64,000 bases of DNA from a virus. Positions 9,874 through 19,446 of the stretch are shown here, one piece after another. The DNA lies in IMG/VR virus record IMGVR_UViG_3300010413_000009, positions 17,629 through 81,628 of that record; one strand, 5' to 3'. Both the position numbers and the translations under genes were made by a program. The first letter of the stretch is position 1; every line of letters starts with the position of its first letter. The notes under the pieces were generated by a model, which made no database searches, was not told the DNA's origin, and worked only from the letters and a program-made list of their open reading frames with translations.

Positions 9874-10198
9874 CGGTATCCTGTTCGAGTTTCTTTTTGT
9901 TCAGAACAACGAATGGTATTTTGGCTCCATACCAACCAGGATTCGCAGCTAGCCATTCGTCGAGATTCATACTGAGATCGAACGCCGTACCGACAAGTAC
10001 AGGCACAAACGCATCTCGCGTACCGTCGAAAATGACCGGTCCAATTTTAGCCAGTCCACCCAAATCATTGTGGTATATCCACTGTCCCTGTTGGGGCTGA
10101 TACCACTTCGGGAGATTGATCTGGCGCTCCACGACAGCCGTAGTGTCGTTGTGCAGCAACAATGTCATCTGCATGTAAACCGTATGCGAGTCGTACAT
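9857..10198 (-). CDS. Hypothetical protein.
   Basis: 113-aa ORF with a short overlap to ligA. Confidence 0.45.
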   Translation of the reverse strand: MYDSHTVYMQMTLLLHNDTTAVVERQINLPKWYQPQQGQWIYHNDLGGLAKIGPVIFDGTRDAFVPVLVGTAFDLSMNLDEWLAANPGWYGAKIPFVVLNKKKLEQDTDGNEP

Positions 10199-11895
10199 TA
10201 CGTTGTGCTCTGTACAGTGGGTTCCATTTGGTCGCAGTTGCGCAGCTCAGCTTCAGTCAGGCTATGCCCCAGGCGCCGCGCGATAGCCGGAGCACGTGTG
10301 GCGCTTGTGTAGATGAAGTGCGCGATCGGCGATCGGTACTGATCTGAGCATCTATCATGGTATAGCTTGTAGAAATCCTTTGGATGCGCGTGACGTCCGT
10401 GCGTCGGCACTGTATGGCACGTCTCATGCAGAATCAGATGAGCGTAGTGTCCGAAGGATTTCGGCGTAAGCCCGAATCGCCGTACATGGTCGCGATTGAT
10501 CACGATAAAATTCGCGGCATCGGTCCACGCAATCTGCGGCCCGTGGCCGAGCATGATCCGCATCTTACCGAGACGTGCGTCACGCCTGAACAGATCGTCA
10601 TAACAGACGCGCAGCACCCCGAGTACGATGGATTCGATGCGATTGAGAGAGTCATCTGTCACTATATGGCATTCTGATTGTAACGCCTTCACGAGCTGAT
10701 CCCAGGACGCATAGGTCAGCGCGTGCCTGTCACCTATTCCAAGCGTCCGGTTAGTCAGATTGACAATACTCTCGGGCTTTGCGTAATTCCAACGCTGAAG
10801 CATTTCGCGATTGAGCACACACGCAAGACGGTTTATCGTCAATTGCTCAGCTGTGCGGTGACTAGACCAATAGAACCGTCCTTCTGGCGCCATCGTAACA
10901 ACACCGTCAGCGATGTTGTGAATCTGCCGGACGGTCATGTTCACTGATGAATTCCACCGCTGGAAGAGCTTTGCACTCTTGAATGGCCGTGGTTCTAGCT
11001 GCCCGTCTTTTGCATTGTTGATCATCCGGCGCCGGTCCTCTTCAGTCAGACGGCGCGGAGCGCGACGATTGGTACGTCGCGTGGCGGTAGTGCGCGTGCG
11101 CGTCCCGGTCTGCGATGCATTCGCTTTACGCTGCAGCACGGGGACGATCTTGGCCCACACGGGGCAGTCGTCCATGATATCGTTGCGCGCAAAATTGATT
11201 CGCAGTGCCTTCTTCGTCACAACATCGCCACCGATCCCGTACTTATAACGGTAAAAGCGCGTGACGAGTATGCCCTGGTTGTACACGCGTAGATCCTGAT
11301 TGCTCCGATAACGGATATCCGCCTCGGGCAGTTCCTCATCCCAGGTAATACGCGAGCGATCGACGGCGAACGCTTTACCATCCAGTGTTGCGTTGATTTC
11401 CACGTAGCGCGCATTGCTCTTGATTTCGTCTTGCATGCGTGCCAGATCGGTGTGGCTCAACCGCTTGTACAACTCGACAGTGATGTCACACCCGTCGTGT
11501 TGCTCAAGGCCATCAGCCAGATGGTAATCAAGTCCGTGCCGCTCGATGTCAACCGTCATCTCGAACGTGCCGGAGCGCCAAGTGTTGCCGCCGAATGCGA
11601 AGAGCTGTCCGCGTCCCATACGAAACGTGCCAAAGGTCTTCTGTTCATTCTCGTCGTGCGGTTTGCCGAAAACCTCGAAGAAGTTCTCGATATCCGCACG
11701 CGAGCGGAAGCCCTTGCCGTTGTCGTGTATGCGCAGTTGATCGCGCGTCATTGTTATAGCGCATTCCGACGCGCCGGCGTCGATGGCATTCATGATGCCC
11801 TCGATTGTTGCCTTCCACAAGCTGCCTGCCTGTCGCTTGATGACATCTACTAACAGCTTGTGATCCATTTTGAACGTACGACGTTCCCTTGCCAT
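10198..11895 (-). CDS. GHKL (Bergerat-fold) ATPase domain protein with a C-terminal HExxH motif region.
   Basis: N-terminus has N-box-like EGIMNAIDAGASE and G1-box IHDNGKGF. The middle is a basic low-complexity linker. The C-terminus has LILHETCHTVPTHGRHAHP (HExxH). Confidence 0.55.
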   Translation of the reverse strand: MARERRTFKMDHKLLVDVIKRQAGSLWKATIEGIMNAIDAGASECAITMTRDQLRIHDNGKGFRSRADIENFFEVFGKPHDENEQKTFGTFRMGRGQLFAFGGNTWRSGTFEMTVDIERHGLDYHLADGLEQHDGCDITVELYKRLSHTDLARMQDEIKSNARYVEINATLDGKAFAVDRSRITWDEELPEADIRYRSNQDLRVYNQGILVTRFYRYKYGIGGDVVTKKALRINFARNDIMDDCPVWAKIVPVLQRKANASQTGTRTRTTATRRTNRRAPRRLTEEDRRRMINNAKDGQLEPRPFKSAKLFQRWNSSVNMTVRQIHNIADGVVTMAPEGRFYWSSHRTAEQLTINRLACVLNREMLQRWNYAKPESIVNLTNRTLGIGDRHALTYASWDQLVKALQSECHIVTDDSLNRIESIVLGVLRVCYDDLFRRDARLGKMRIMLGHGPQIAWTDAANFIVINRDHVRRFGLTPKSFGHYAHLILHETCHTVPTHGRHAHPKDFYKLYHDRCSDQYRSPIAHFIYTSATRAPAIARRLGHSLTEAELRNCDQMEPTVQSTT

Positions 11896-12336
11896 TTACC
11901 TTCCTCGCGATAGCGAGATCTTACGAAAAGCGCGGTCGGATTGTTTGGTTTCTTGTACCTCGGGCGGTTCTTCCGACGGCTTGTGAAATCGTGGATGCCT
12001 GTATATGACGGTACCGCAAGCCGCCTTCTCTATTTTGACGATACTGTCCATCAGGATTGCGCGACCGCTCCTACTCCTTGAAGTGGGTACAGTGATTGGT
12101 GTGTCCATGTCTCTGCCGCCCCAGAAGATATAGCCTTCGTCGTACTCTTCCCAGGATCTACCAGTGAGCGTATCGCCGTAATAGATCCGGTAACGATCGC
12201 GCATGAATGCGCGAGCGTCCTCAGTAGAAGCAATGAGTTCGTCTGCGAAGAAGCGCACAACGCCAAGTGGCGTGTTCGGCCCATGTATGCCGAGAAAGTA
12301 AAGGTCTACCTGGCGCGCAGTGCGCTGCGGTGTCAT
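11896..12336 (-). CDS. Hypothetical protein; start at an internal Met to avoid overlap with RNase H.
   Basis: Coding-like ORF downstream of RNase H. Confidence 0.45.
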   Translation of the reverse strand: MTPQRTARQVDLYFLGIHGPNTPLGVVRFFADELIASTEDARAFMRDRYRIYYGDTLTGRSWEEYDEGYIFWGGRDMDTPITVPTSRSRSGRAILMDSIVKIEKAACGTVIYRHPRFHKPSEEPPEVQETKQSDRAFRKISLSRGR

Positions 12337-12337
12337 C

Positions 12338-12973
12338 TCAGATTGAGAAGTCGTAGATGCTTGCGTCTTCGGGGATGCCCGGGTACCGCGTGCAGAGGAG
12401 TTCTCGCGCCCTTTCGAACGTGCCTTCGACATCTAACCTCGCTTGTCTTGAAACTTCATCCACCAACACGTTCAGATTGATTCGTGCACGCTCAACGAAG
12501 TGGAAGGTTAAGACGAAGCCGCGATTGCGAAATTCATCAAACGCCTTCCAAAGCTCCTGGTGTGCGCGACGTGATTCTGGCCGATTGCCCGCCATTGCTA
12601 TGATCTGGCTATCGGTCACAATGTGGACCTGCATTTGTCGATTTGCTGCCTGTAATTCACGGCGCCTAGCCCGTCCGGGGCCGTCACGACCCGTGTACCA
12701 GCTCAGAGCGTGGAGATACGGGAAGAGTTCGCCAAGTGTCACCGTGCCGGTGTTCATGGCCCCGTAAAACAGCTTGCGTGCGCCGCTGTACTTATCTATC
12801 AGTACAGCAGCCCAGCCCGCACCCATCTTCCACCCTGTACCCGATCCGTCGCCGATGATAATGGCATCCCAGCTGTTAATCTTGAGATGCTTGATCAGGG
12901 ATTCTAAGGTGGAAAGGCCGAGTGAGAGGCCCGGATTCTTGCTCGTCGCTTTTCTGTGTTTGTCCTGCGTCAT
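12338..12973 (-). CDS. rnhA: Ribonuclease H.
   Basis: IIIGDGSGTG...GAGWAAVLI (first Asp), HIVTDSQ, and HFVERARINLNVLVDE match the RNase H1 catalytic DEDD arrangement. Confidence 0.75.
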   Translation of the reverse strand: MTQDKHRKATSKNPGLSLGLSTLESLIKHLKINSWDAIIIGDGSGTGWKMGAGWAAVLIDKYSGARKLFYGAMNTGTVTLGELFPYLHALSWYTGRDGPGRARRRELQAANRQMQVHIVTDSQIIAMAGNRPESRRAHQELWKAFDEFRNRGFVLTFHFVERARINLNVLVDEVSRQARLDVEGTFERARELLCTRYPGIPEDASIYDFSI

Positions 12974-13310
12974 TACATTCCTTCATTATCTGCGCGTGCA
13001 CCTCAGATGCTCTTGCCATATGCTGCATTACGCCGCGAGCAACTACCGATTGCAATCGCGATGTTTGGATCCCCAGTCGGCATAGCATCTGCGTGTCGGC
13101 GAGATTGCCGATTACCAGACATGCCGGAGGCTCGCCAATTTCTGGCGAATAGAGCAGCGCAACTGCCGCTGCTTCGAGCTCCGGTGTCTCTGCAATTAGT
13201 CGCGTTAATGCATCGCGTACGCGATCATTGACTACCTCGTAGAACTTCTTCGGTTCTACCTTTTTGTTCTCGTGATCAAGATCTGCCATCTTCATCCGGG
13301 TCCAGTGCAT
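12876..13310 (-). CDS. Hypothetical protein (overlaps the RNase H start by about 98 nt).
   Basis: 144-aa ORF with protein-like composition. Confidence 0.4.
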   Translation of the reverse strand: MHWTRMKMADLDHENKKVEPKKFYEVVNDRVRDALTRLIAETPELEAAAVALLYSPEIGEPPACLVIGNLADTQMLCRLGIQTSRLQSVVARGVMQHMARASEVHAQIMKECNDAGQTQKSDEQESGPLTRPFHLRIPDQASQD

Positions 13311-13443
13311 CGACCCGTTCCTCTAAGATGATCATGTCCGCGGACGACATTCGCTCTGCGCGAGCCATGGCCATCTCCTTGGTGTCTGCTTCGACTTCAA
13401 CTTCCGCGTCGATTGCAATCTTGCACGGAATCAAGAACTTCAT
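13276..13443 (-). CDS. Small hypothetical protein (MKFLIPCKIAIDAEVEVEAD...).
   Basis: Internal ATG overlaps the stop of the upstream membrane gene (ATGA). Confidence 0.35.
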   Translation of the reverse strand: MKFLIPCKIAIDAEVEVEADTKEMAMARAERMSSADMIILEERVDALDPDEDGRS

Positions 13444-13814
13444 CAGCTGTTTTCCGGATCGTTTGAAATTGGAAGCGCTGCCGTCAGCGAACCGATCAGC
13501 AGCGAAACACGTGTAGCCGCAAGAGAATAGACTGGCACAAACCAGATCAATCCCCAGGGCGCCGGCAGCCAGATATGCGGCAGATAGAACAGCACTATCA
13601 ACCAGAATGCCACATGGTATGTAAGACATATCCGACAAGTCATCAGCTGGTAGAGCTTACTCCAGAACCAATCACACCACCACGGGCGTGCGACCGGCTC
13701 GTTCATAACGGCCAGCCAGTCACGGAATCCTTCGAATAGTCCACCTTTGTGTAGCCAAGCATTTACTGCAGCCCCGGTTGCGAGGAATATCACTATGAAA
13801 TCTAAGGCGCCCAT
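13443..13814 (-). CDS. Small integral membrane protein.
   Basis: Multiple hydrophobic transmembrane-like segments (FIVIFLATGAAV..., VAFWLIVLFYLPHIWLPAPWGLIWFVPV). Confidence 0.55.
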   Translation of the reverse strand: MGALDFIVIFLATGAAVNAWLHKGGLFEGFRDWLAVMNEPVARPWWCDWFWSKLYQLMTCRICLTYHVAFWLIVLFYLPHIWLPAPWGLIWFVPVYSLAATRVSLLIGSLTAALPISNDPENS

Positions 13815-13925
13815 TGCCTCCTTTCAACTAGCTAAAAACAACGCGAACAGATAGCCGCCACAGGACGCAGACTGGCATAGCCAGGCCACGACCCGCGGCG
13901 GCGCCAGTCAGAGATTGGTGATTCC

Positions 13926-14150
13926 CTACTTGTGTCGACGCCTACTGCGGTTGTGATCGGCTTCAGCAAAGCCACGCGCAGCGTGGAACATCATGAAGAT
14001 GACGCCGCCAGCGACCATCGCAGGGATGACGGCGCCGGCGTCGGCGACCACGATCATTAGAATGAGCATGGCGATGAAAAGACCCACCGCCATCTTGAGC
14101 CACTCGTCAAACAAGTTAGCTGCTTTCGGTACCGAGATGCCACGGGTCAT
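13926..14150 (-). CDS. Small membrane protein (internal Met start).
   Basis: Hydrophobic core AVGLFIAMLILMIVVADAGAVIPAMVAGGVIFMMF. Confidence 0.4.
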   Translation of the reverse strand: MTRGISVPKAANLFDEWLKMAVGLFIAMLILMIVVADAGAVIPAMVAGGVIFMMFHAARGFAEADHNRSRRRHK

Positions 14151-14543
14151 TCTGAGTTGATGCCCTGTCCGGTGGCGGGAAGCCGTCTCGTATCCCCTCG
14201 GGCCTTGGTAGCGGCGCATCGAGCGGGTAGGAGTGGATTTGGCAGTCGCCGGGGACAACGGTCGCGATCGGCCGCCTGTATGTAGGCCGAATACCCGCGC
14301 GCTCCAAGAACAACCTCGCATTCATCGTTATTGCCATTAGTGGCTCCTCCTACAGGCCAGAGCGTAATAGGCCTTCGCAGTTCAGCAGGGCCTTGCTATC
14401 ATGGATAGCAGATCACTAACGCGATTACACACGCAATCAGCGCTACGATCCAAAATAGCTTGGTACGCTGCCAAGCGTCGCTGCAGAAATTTCCGAAGTC
14501 GTTGAACTTCTGCAGTTCAAAGTTGGTTTCGTCAGGATCGTTC

Positions 14544-16433
14544 ATGCACACAGTCTATCAAGAACCGGCTGCGTTGGAAACGACGCTAGCGCAGACCCTC
14601 GCCATCATTACCGGAGACGGCGACACACAGTTATCTGCAGGCGACCGAATCAGCGCTTACCATAAGTTGCTGCGCACAGGTCAGATTGACACACTGACCC
14701 ACGCGCTACCACTTATGCTCAACCTCAAAGGGAAGCCGTATTCACTTATCAATCACTTCCCGTTCGAGGAGATTTTCAGATTCCGCATGCCACCTGCGCT
14801 GATCTATAAGACCGGCCGGCAGGTGAGCAAGTCGACGTCGTTGGCGGCGCACGGTATCGTGATCTCGATTTCAGTCAGCAATCTCACAACGCTGTACGTG
14901 ATGCCGTTGTTCGAACAGGTGCGTCGTTTCAGCACCATGTTCGTGCAGCCGTTCATCGAGCAATCCCCAGTCAAACGTCTGTGGTCAGGCACCGACACCG
15001 TTAACTCCGTTCTGCACCGCAGCTTCCGGAATCACTCGAAGATGTTGTTCAGCTTCGCGTTCCTGAATGCCGATCGTATCCGCGGTATCTCCGCGGATAA
15101 GGTTGCTATCGACGAGGTTCAGGACATGAACCATGAACACATCCCAATTATCCGTGAAACGATGTCGGCGTCGGATTGGGCGATACGGCAATTCACCGGC
15201 ACACCGAAGACGCTCGATAATACGCTGGAGACGCTTTGGCAGGAGTCGTCACAGGCTGAGTGGTTCATTCCATGTACACATTGTACGACTGGAGGTTATC
15301 CAACCTGGAACATTCCGGCGATGGAGTACCACCTAGAGCGCATGATCGGCGGCTATCGACGGGACATCAGCGAAGAGTACCCAGCAACGATCTGCTGGAA
15401 ATGTGGCGGGCTAATCAATCCACGATTCGGACGCTGGGTGCATCGTAATCCCGCGTTGATCTGGTTACAGGCCGGCTACCATGTGCCTCAGGTTATAATG
15501 CCGCTGCATTACGCGAAACGTGACAAGTGGGCCGAACTGCTGGCCAAGATGGCGGGCAAAGGCAACACCCCGCTAAACGTATTCTACAACGAAGTGCTCG
15601 GTGAATCGTACGATACGGCAGCCAAGCTGGTCACCCTGACAGAGTTGAACGGCGTGTCGAATCTGGGCGAAAACAGCGTCGCGCGGGCGCGTGCGCGTCG
15701 CGGAATGTACCGGATGACCGTGTTGGCAGTGGACTGGGGCGGCGGCGGTGAGAAACAACTCAGCTTTACCACGGTCGCGCTGCTCGGATTGTGCGCTGAC
15801 GGCGTCATCGAATGCATTTATGGCAAACGATTGCTGACGCCACATGACCACCTGCGCGAGGCGCGAGAGATTAAGCATCTGTGGGATACCTTCCGCCCGA
15901 CGATGCTCGTCCACGACTATACCGGCGCTGGTGCATTGCGTGAGACATTCTTGATCCAGGCCGGTATCGCGGCGCGAACAGTCATGCCGTGCCAGTACGT
16001 CCGCTCCGCCAGTCAGCAACCGTGTTATCACGTTGCGCCGACGCTGCAGCACCCGCGGTCGCACTACCGCGTCGACAAGTCGCGTAGCCTGCTGCTGACA
16101 TGCGCGATGATCAAATGCAAGCGTCTCAAGTTCTTTGATGCCGACTACATAAGTCAGGAGGATCCCGGCTTGATCCGTGACTTCCTAGCGCTCATCGAAG
16201 ACAAGATTACCACGATGGCTGCAGGAGAGATCTACCGCATTACGCGGCAAGAGGGAGTCACTGATGACTTTGCGCAGGCGGTCAACCTAGGCTGTGTTGC
16301 TATTTGGTATCGCACTCGGCAGTGGCCGCGGCTGGATGCAATTGCAGAGGCTGCGTATCAGGTGACGGATGCGCAGTTGCGGGCAGCGGCACCGCAGCAA
16401 GATTCCGATTGGGATGACGAGCTTTTCGCCTAG
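14544..16433 (+). CDS. terL: Terminase large subunit (T4 gp17-like ATPase plus RNase-H-fold nuclease).
   Basis: Deviant Walker A KTGRQVSKST, Walker B VAIDEVQD, motif III FTGTPKT, nuclease-domain acidic residues (LAVDWGGGG, DDFAQAV). Start taken at MHTVYQE rather than the ORF-track start. Confidence 0.75.
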   Translation: MHTVYQEPAALETTLAQTLAIITGDGDTQLSAGDRISAYHKLLRTGQIDTLTHALPLMLNLKGKPYSLINHFPFEEIFRFRMPPALIYKTGRQVSKSTSLAAHGIVISISVSNLTTLYVMPLFEQVRRFSTMFVQPFIEQSPVKRLWSGTDTVNSVLHRSFRNHSKMLFSFAFLNADRIRGISADKVAIDEVQDMNHEHIPIIRETMSASDWAIRQFTGTPKTLDNTLETLWQESSQAEWFIPCTHCTTGGYPTWNIPAMEYHLERMIGGYRRDISEEYPATICWKCGGLINPRFGRWVHRNPALIWLQAGYHVPQVIMPLHYAKRDKWAELLAKMAGKGNTPLNVFYNEVLGESYDTAAKLVTLTELNGVSNLGENSVARARARRGMYRMTVLAVDWGGGGEKQLSFTTVALLGLCADGVIECIYGKRLLTPHDHLREAREIKHLWDTFRPTMLVHDYTGAGALRETFLIQAGIAARTVMPCQYVRSASQQPCYHVAPTLQHPRSHYRVDKSRSLLLTCAMIKCKRLKFFDADYISQEDPGLIRDFLALIEDKITTMAAGEIYRITRQEGVTDDFAQAVNLGCVAIWYRTRQWPRLDAIAEAAYQVTDAQLRAAAPQQDSDWDDELFA

Positions 16434-17043
16434 CCACCACATTCTGTGCCATACGACGCACGTCCTTCATCGCAATGTGCATAAGTTCTGGGTGCCGGGC
16501 AATATACAGAAGAAAACGCCCAAGCGCACACATAGTGACATGCCTTGGACTGAGCGCAACACCGACGGCGGCTATATCCCGCATGCGCGGGAAAAATTCC
16601 TTTCGCGCCAGGATACGCTGCCAGCCGAGTTTTCGTGGGTGATCTTTGAATGGATGCGACTGTTTCTTATCGTTGCCGATAACGATAAGCCCGATGCCAG
16701 TATCGGTATCGTGATCGTAACAACCTTCGGGGAACGACCAAATATACGTGTCCGCACAGTCGCCAATGTAGTTGACCCAGTTGCCACACTCGGGACTCCA
16801 GTTGGGAGACAGGGCGTCCGTACCGACCAGGTCGGAATGGGCATCAAGGTTAACAATCCGTTCAAGCTTCATACGGCGCGCCACGCACTTGATATGTGGC
16901 AGAAGCTCGTGATGGGTCACCACAATGCATTTCGGCACGGGCAATGCAAGCGCACGATAGGCGAACACGGGAGTTTCCTTCATGCGCCAAAAATCCAGAT
17001 CGATACTAAGGTAAGTTCGCACTTCCGTCCTCCGTGAAGGCAA
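16300..17043 (-). CDS. Hypothetical protein (SIDLDFW / LDAHSDL motifs).
   Basis: 247-aa ORF whose convergent 3' end overlaps terL; the tail is low-complexity. Confidence 0.45.
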   Translation of the reverse strand: MPSRRTEVRTYLSIDLDFWRMKETPVFAYRALALPVPKCIVVTHHELLPHIKCVARRMKLERIVNLDAHSDLVGTDALSPNWSPECGNWVNYIGDCADTYIWSFPEGCYDHDTDTGIGLIVIGNDKKQSHPFKDHPRKLGWQRILARKEFFPRMRDIAAVGVALSPRHVTMCALGRFLLYIARHPELMHIAMKDVRRMAQNVVARRKARHPNRNLAAVPLPATAHPSPDTQPLQLHPAAATAECDTK

Positions 17044-17103
17044 AGAAAAAGGCGTTAGGTTATTGCCTAACGCCTGACATCCTATGGATACACTGTAAAG
17101 TAG

Positions 17104-17176
17104 GGTGTCCGGTGGAAATCGAATCCACGTGGACCTGAGTCACAGTCAGGTTCCTGAACCAGCACAGGACGGACAC
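17104..17176 (-). tRNA. tRNA-His (GTG).
   Basis: Acceptor GTGTCCG/CGGACAC, anticodon arm CCTGA-CTGTGAC-TCAGG, T-arm GTGGA-TTCGATT-TCCAC; D-stem slightly irregular. Confidence 0.55.
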
Positions 17177-17178
17177 AG

Positions 17179-17255
17179 TGGCTTTGCCAGGAGTTGAACC
17201 TGATACTTTGATCCACGGCTATGCCGCTGCCCGCACCCGGCGAGTTCCCAAAGCC
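17179..17255 (-). tRNA. tRNA-like element, anticodon undetermined.
   Basis: Perfect 7-bp acceptor GGCTTTG/CAAAGCC and T-arm TCAGG-TTCAACT-CCTGG; the D/anticodon region is non-canonical. Confidence 0.35.
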
Positions 17256-17387
17256 TATTTAAGAGCTGCGCTTAACAAAGTTCGACAAAGACGCACAGTT
17301 GGTTGGCACTTGGCCGAAAATGCGGTGTTTCAGACGATGCCGTTCGAAAGTGGGCTAAAGCCTACGGATTGCGCTAGCCCTTCTAAG

Positions 17388-17456
17388 ATCCGGCACTCGG
17401 GGTCGAACCGAGCATACTTCCATACCAAGGAAGCGCCACACCAATATGGTGCCGGA
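17388..17456 (-). tRNA. tRNA-Thr (GGT), short (69 nt).
   Basis: Acceptor TCCGGCA/TGCCGGA, anticodon arm CTTCC-TTGGTAT-GGAAG, T-arm CTCGG-TTCGACC-CCGAG. Confidence 0.5.
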
Positions 17457-17655
17457 CTAATGCCGCAGTACCCTTCTCCGTGTGACCCGGAGGCTATACG
17501 CCGGGCGCGGCTGGCGGCGAGTACGACTTGTATCGCACTGTCACATGGCTTGACCTGTTTTTGGTAGCTACCATTACCTGGCAGGCCAGGTAAGATCCGA
17601 GGGCGAGAATTGCGCTCGCACTTGCTGCGTACGAAGCAGCTGTCCTACTGTTAGA

Positions 17656-17865
17656 CTACCCCGGAACATCCTCCCAGGTGCCGTCGTCATTCAGACGAAT
17701 CAGGCCCCCGGTAGTGAACCATTCTCTTTTGCAGTCCTTGCAAGTGACCTTAATCCACTGTAGGTCTGCTGGATCATTCTGAGGCTCGATTATAACCTCA
17801 TGCGATCCGCAGAAGCAAGTCCATGGGAATGGACGCGCTGGTGCAACGATTTTTGATTTGGACAT
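17656..17865 (-). CDS. Small zinc-ribbon protein.
   Basis: CxxC...CxxC (WTCFCG...CKDCK); the ATG lies 4 nt downstream of tRNA-Lys. Confidence 0.5.
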   Translation of the reverse strand: MSKSKIVAPARPFPWTCFCGSHEVIIEPQNDPADLQWIKVTCKDCKREWFTTGGLIRLNDDGTWEDVPG

Positions 17866-17868
17866 AAG

Positions 17869-17940
17869 TCCCCCCGGCAGTGTTTGAGACTGCGACCTGC
17901 GCGTTAAAAGCACGCTGCTCTACCTCTGAGCTACGAGGGG
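17869..17940 (-). tRNA. tRNA-Lys (TTT).
   Basis: D-arm GCTC-AGAGGTA-GAGC, anticodon arm GCGTG-CTTTTAA-CGCGC, T-arm GCAGT-CTCAAAC-ACTGC, acceptor CCCCTCG/CGGGGGG (one GU pair). Confidence 0.6.
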
Positions 17941-18280
17941 AAAGAATAGATGCCAGTCGTCGGGTGCCAGAATAGCGTTCGCTAGTCGTCACCAGCGTCG
18001 CGGATCCGGCAGTTTGCAAATAGGCCACAGCTGCGATAGGCCCTTACAACATAGGCAAGCGCCTCACCCATTTGCATGTGGCGTATCAGTTCCCCACCGT
18101 AGGTGGACAGAACTGCCCAACTCGACCCGTAGGTCCCTGACTTAACATCTATTCTTAGCTGCCCTGTCTCTCAGAAGGTGTCTTTGCACCGGCTTAGAGG
18201 TAACAGGGCTGTTGCAATTAGTCTCACAAGACCGTCCCGAACCACGATATGCACGGCGGGGTATCGGGTCACCAGGCCGT

Positions 18281-18352
18281 AATCGTGTTGTCCCGCTCGT
18301 AGACAACGTCCTTGCAACAGTTCCGACACGTGGATTTGAACCACGAACCTTC
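18281..18352 (-). tRNA. tRNA-Met (CAT); could be an elongator or Ile-lysidine type.
   Basis: Acceptor TCCGATA/TGTCGGA, D-arm GCTC-AATGGAA-GAGC, anticodon loop CTCATGA, T-arm CGTGG-TTCAAAT-CCACG. Confidence 0.55.
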
Positions 18353-18504
18353 GCCTCATGAGAGCGTTGCTCTTCCATTGAGCTATATCGGAATAAAAGG
18401 CTCGGTGCGACGGGTTGCGTCGGGGTAGCTCCGGCGGAAGTGCCATGGACGGACCACGGCACCTCCCGATCACGGAAAAACTCCTCCACGTCGCACCAAG
18501 CCAG

Positions 18505-18585
18505 TCGGGCGCCTGGGAGTCGAACCCAGCTAAGGGCCTTATAAGAGTCCTAGGGTCAACCGTCCCCTCCACGCCCATCAATGTA
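18505..18585 (-). tRNA. tRNA-like element (T-arm only recognisable).
   Basis: Canonical T-arm CTGGG-TTCGACT-CCCAG; acceptor and anticodon arms could not be resolved. Confidence 0.3.
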
Positions 18586-18634
18586 TCATGCAGCTGCCCA
18601 GCGGGACCGTAGCGTATTTCGTTGTCGCTAAGCG

Positions 18635-19267
18635 TCACAGAAACCAGTCGCCTTCCGCCTTCATTCTAGCAATCTTCGATTCCAGCGTCACTGACCAGTT
18701 GTAATGGCAGATGAATCGATCTGCCCGGAGAGTGCTATGTAACTGATACCAACCCGACGGGTATAGTTCTGGCGGGAGCAAATCCACACGCGCTATTGAT
18801 GGCGCGGTTAACAATCTGGTACCGATCAATCCCTGATCGGTCAGGCGCGGCCATCGATTGCGCTCGCCATGTTCGCGCGGACGCACCAGTCTCTTGGTCG
18901 CATCTGTAGGACGCATCGCGTAGAAGCCTGCGCACCACAAGTGCGGCCCCTGTTGACGTAATCCGCCCGGCTCCTCTCGCTGGAAAACAGCATCGAAGTC
19001 ACATAAATGTTGATCAAGATCTGCGCGCGGATCTCGGCGAAAGACTACATCAACATCCGTGTACAGAATGGATTCACTGTCGCGTAATTCGATGCGCAGG
19101 ATTTCCAATTTTCTGTAGCAGATGTCAATAAACTCCTGGGAGCCATATTCACCGGGAGGATCGTTGAGGTGATAGATATGCGCCTGCATACCTATACGCC
19201 TCAATGATTCCTGCATGTTATCGGCGAAGCATTGAAGTGACTCGTTGCACATGGCGATGATTTTCAT
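18635..19267 (-). CDS. Putative nucleotide-sugar glycosyltransferase-like protein (DxD motif).
   Basis: ILYTDVDVVF (DxD) in a coding-like ORF; ATG sits immediately downstream of the tRNA-like unit at 19270. Confidence 0.4.
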   Translation of the reverse strand: MKIIAMCNESLQCFADNMQESLRRIGMQAHIYHLNDPPGEYGSQEFIDICYRKLEILRIELRDSESILYTDVDVVFRRDPRADLDQHLCDFDAVFQREEPGGLRQQGPHLWCAGFYAMRPTDATKRLVRPREHGERNRWPRLTDQGLIGTRLLTAPSIARVDLLPPELYPSGWYQLHSTLRADRFICHYNWSVTLESKIARMKAEGDWFL

Positions 19268-19269
19268 AG

Positions 19270-19346
19270 CAGCCCGAGTAGGACTTGAACCTACATGCGT
19301 CCACTTACCCTTCCGACGGTTTAGAAGACCGAGGGGATATCGGGCC
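19270..19346 (-). tRNA. Atypical tRNA-Arg-like (TCT), lacking a canonical D-arm.
   Basis: Acceptor GGCCCGA/TCGGGCT (G1-U72), anticodon arm CGGT-CTTCTAA-ACCG, T-arm GTAGG-TTCAAGT-CCTAC; only 7 nt between the acceptor and anticodon arm, plus a 21-nt segment before the T-arm. Confidence 0.45.
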
Positions 19347-19446
19347 ATGCTTGTAGGCGCTGCTTGGGTCTGTCTCGAACAGATACCCGCGATCTGCGCG
19401 CGCGGGCCCACCCAACGTGGATACAAGCAGTTTGATCGCCTACAAG

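Noticed and set aside
18142-18638. Two overlapping minus-strand ORFs of 115 and 155 aa.
   Set aside because: They span the tRNA-Met gene and a T-arm element, and their composition is Arg/Gly/Pro-rich and non-protein-like.
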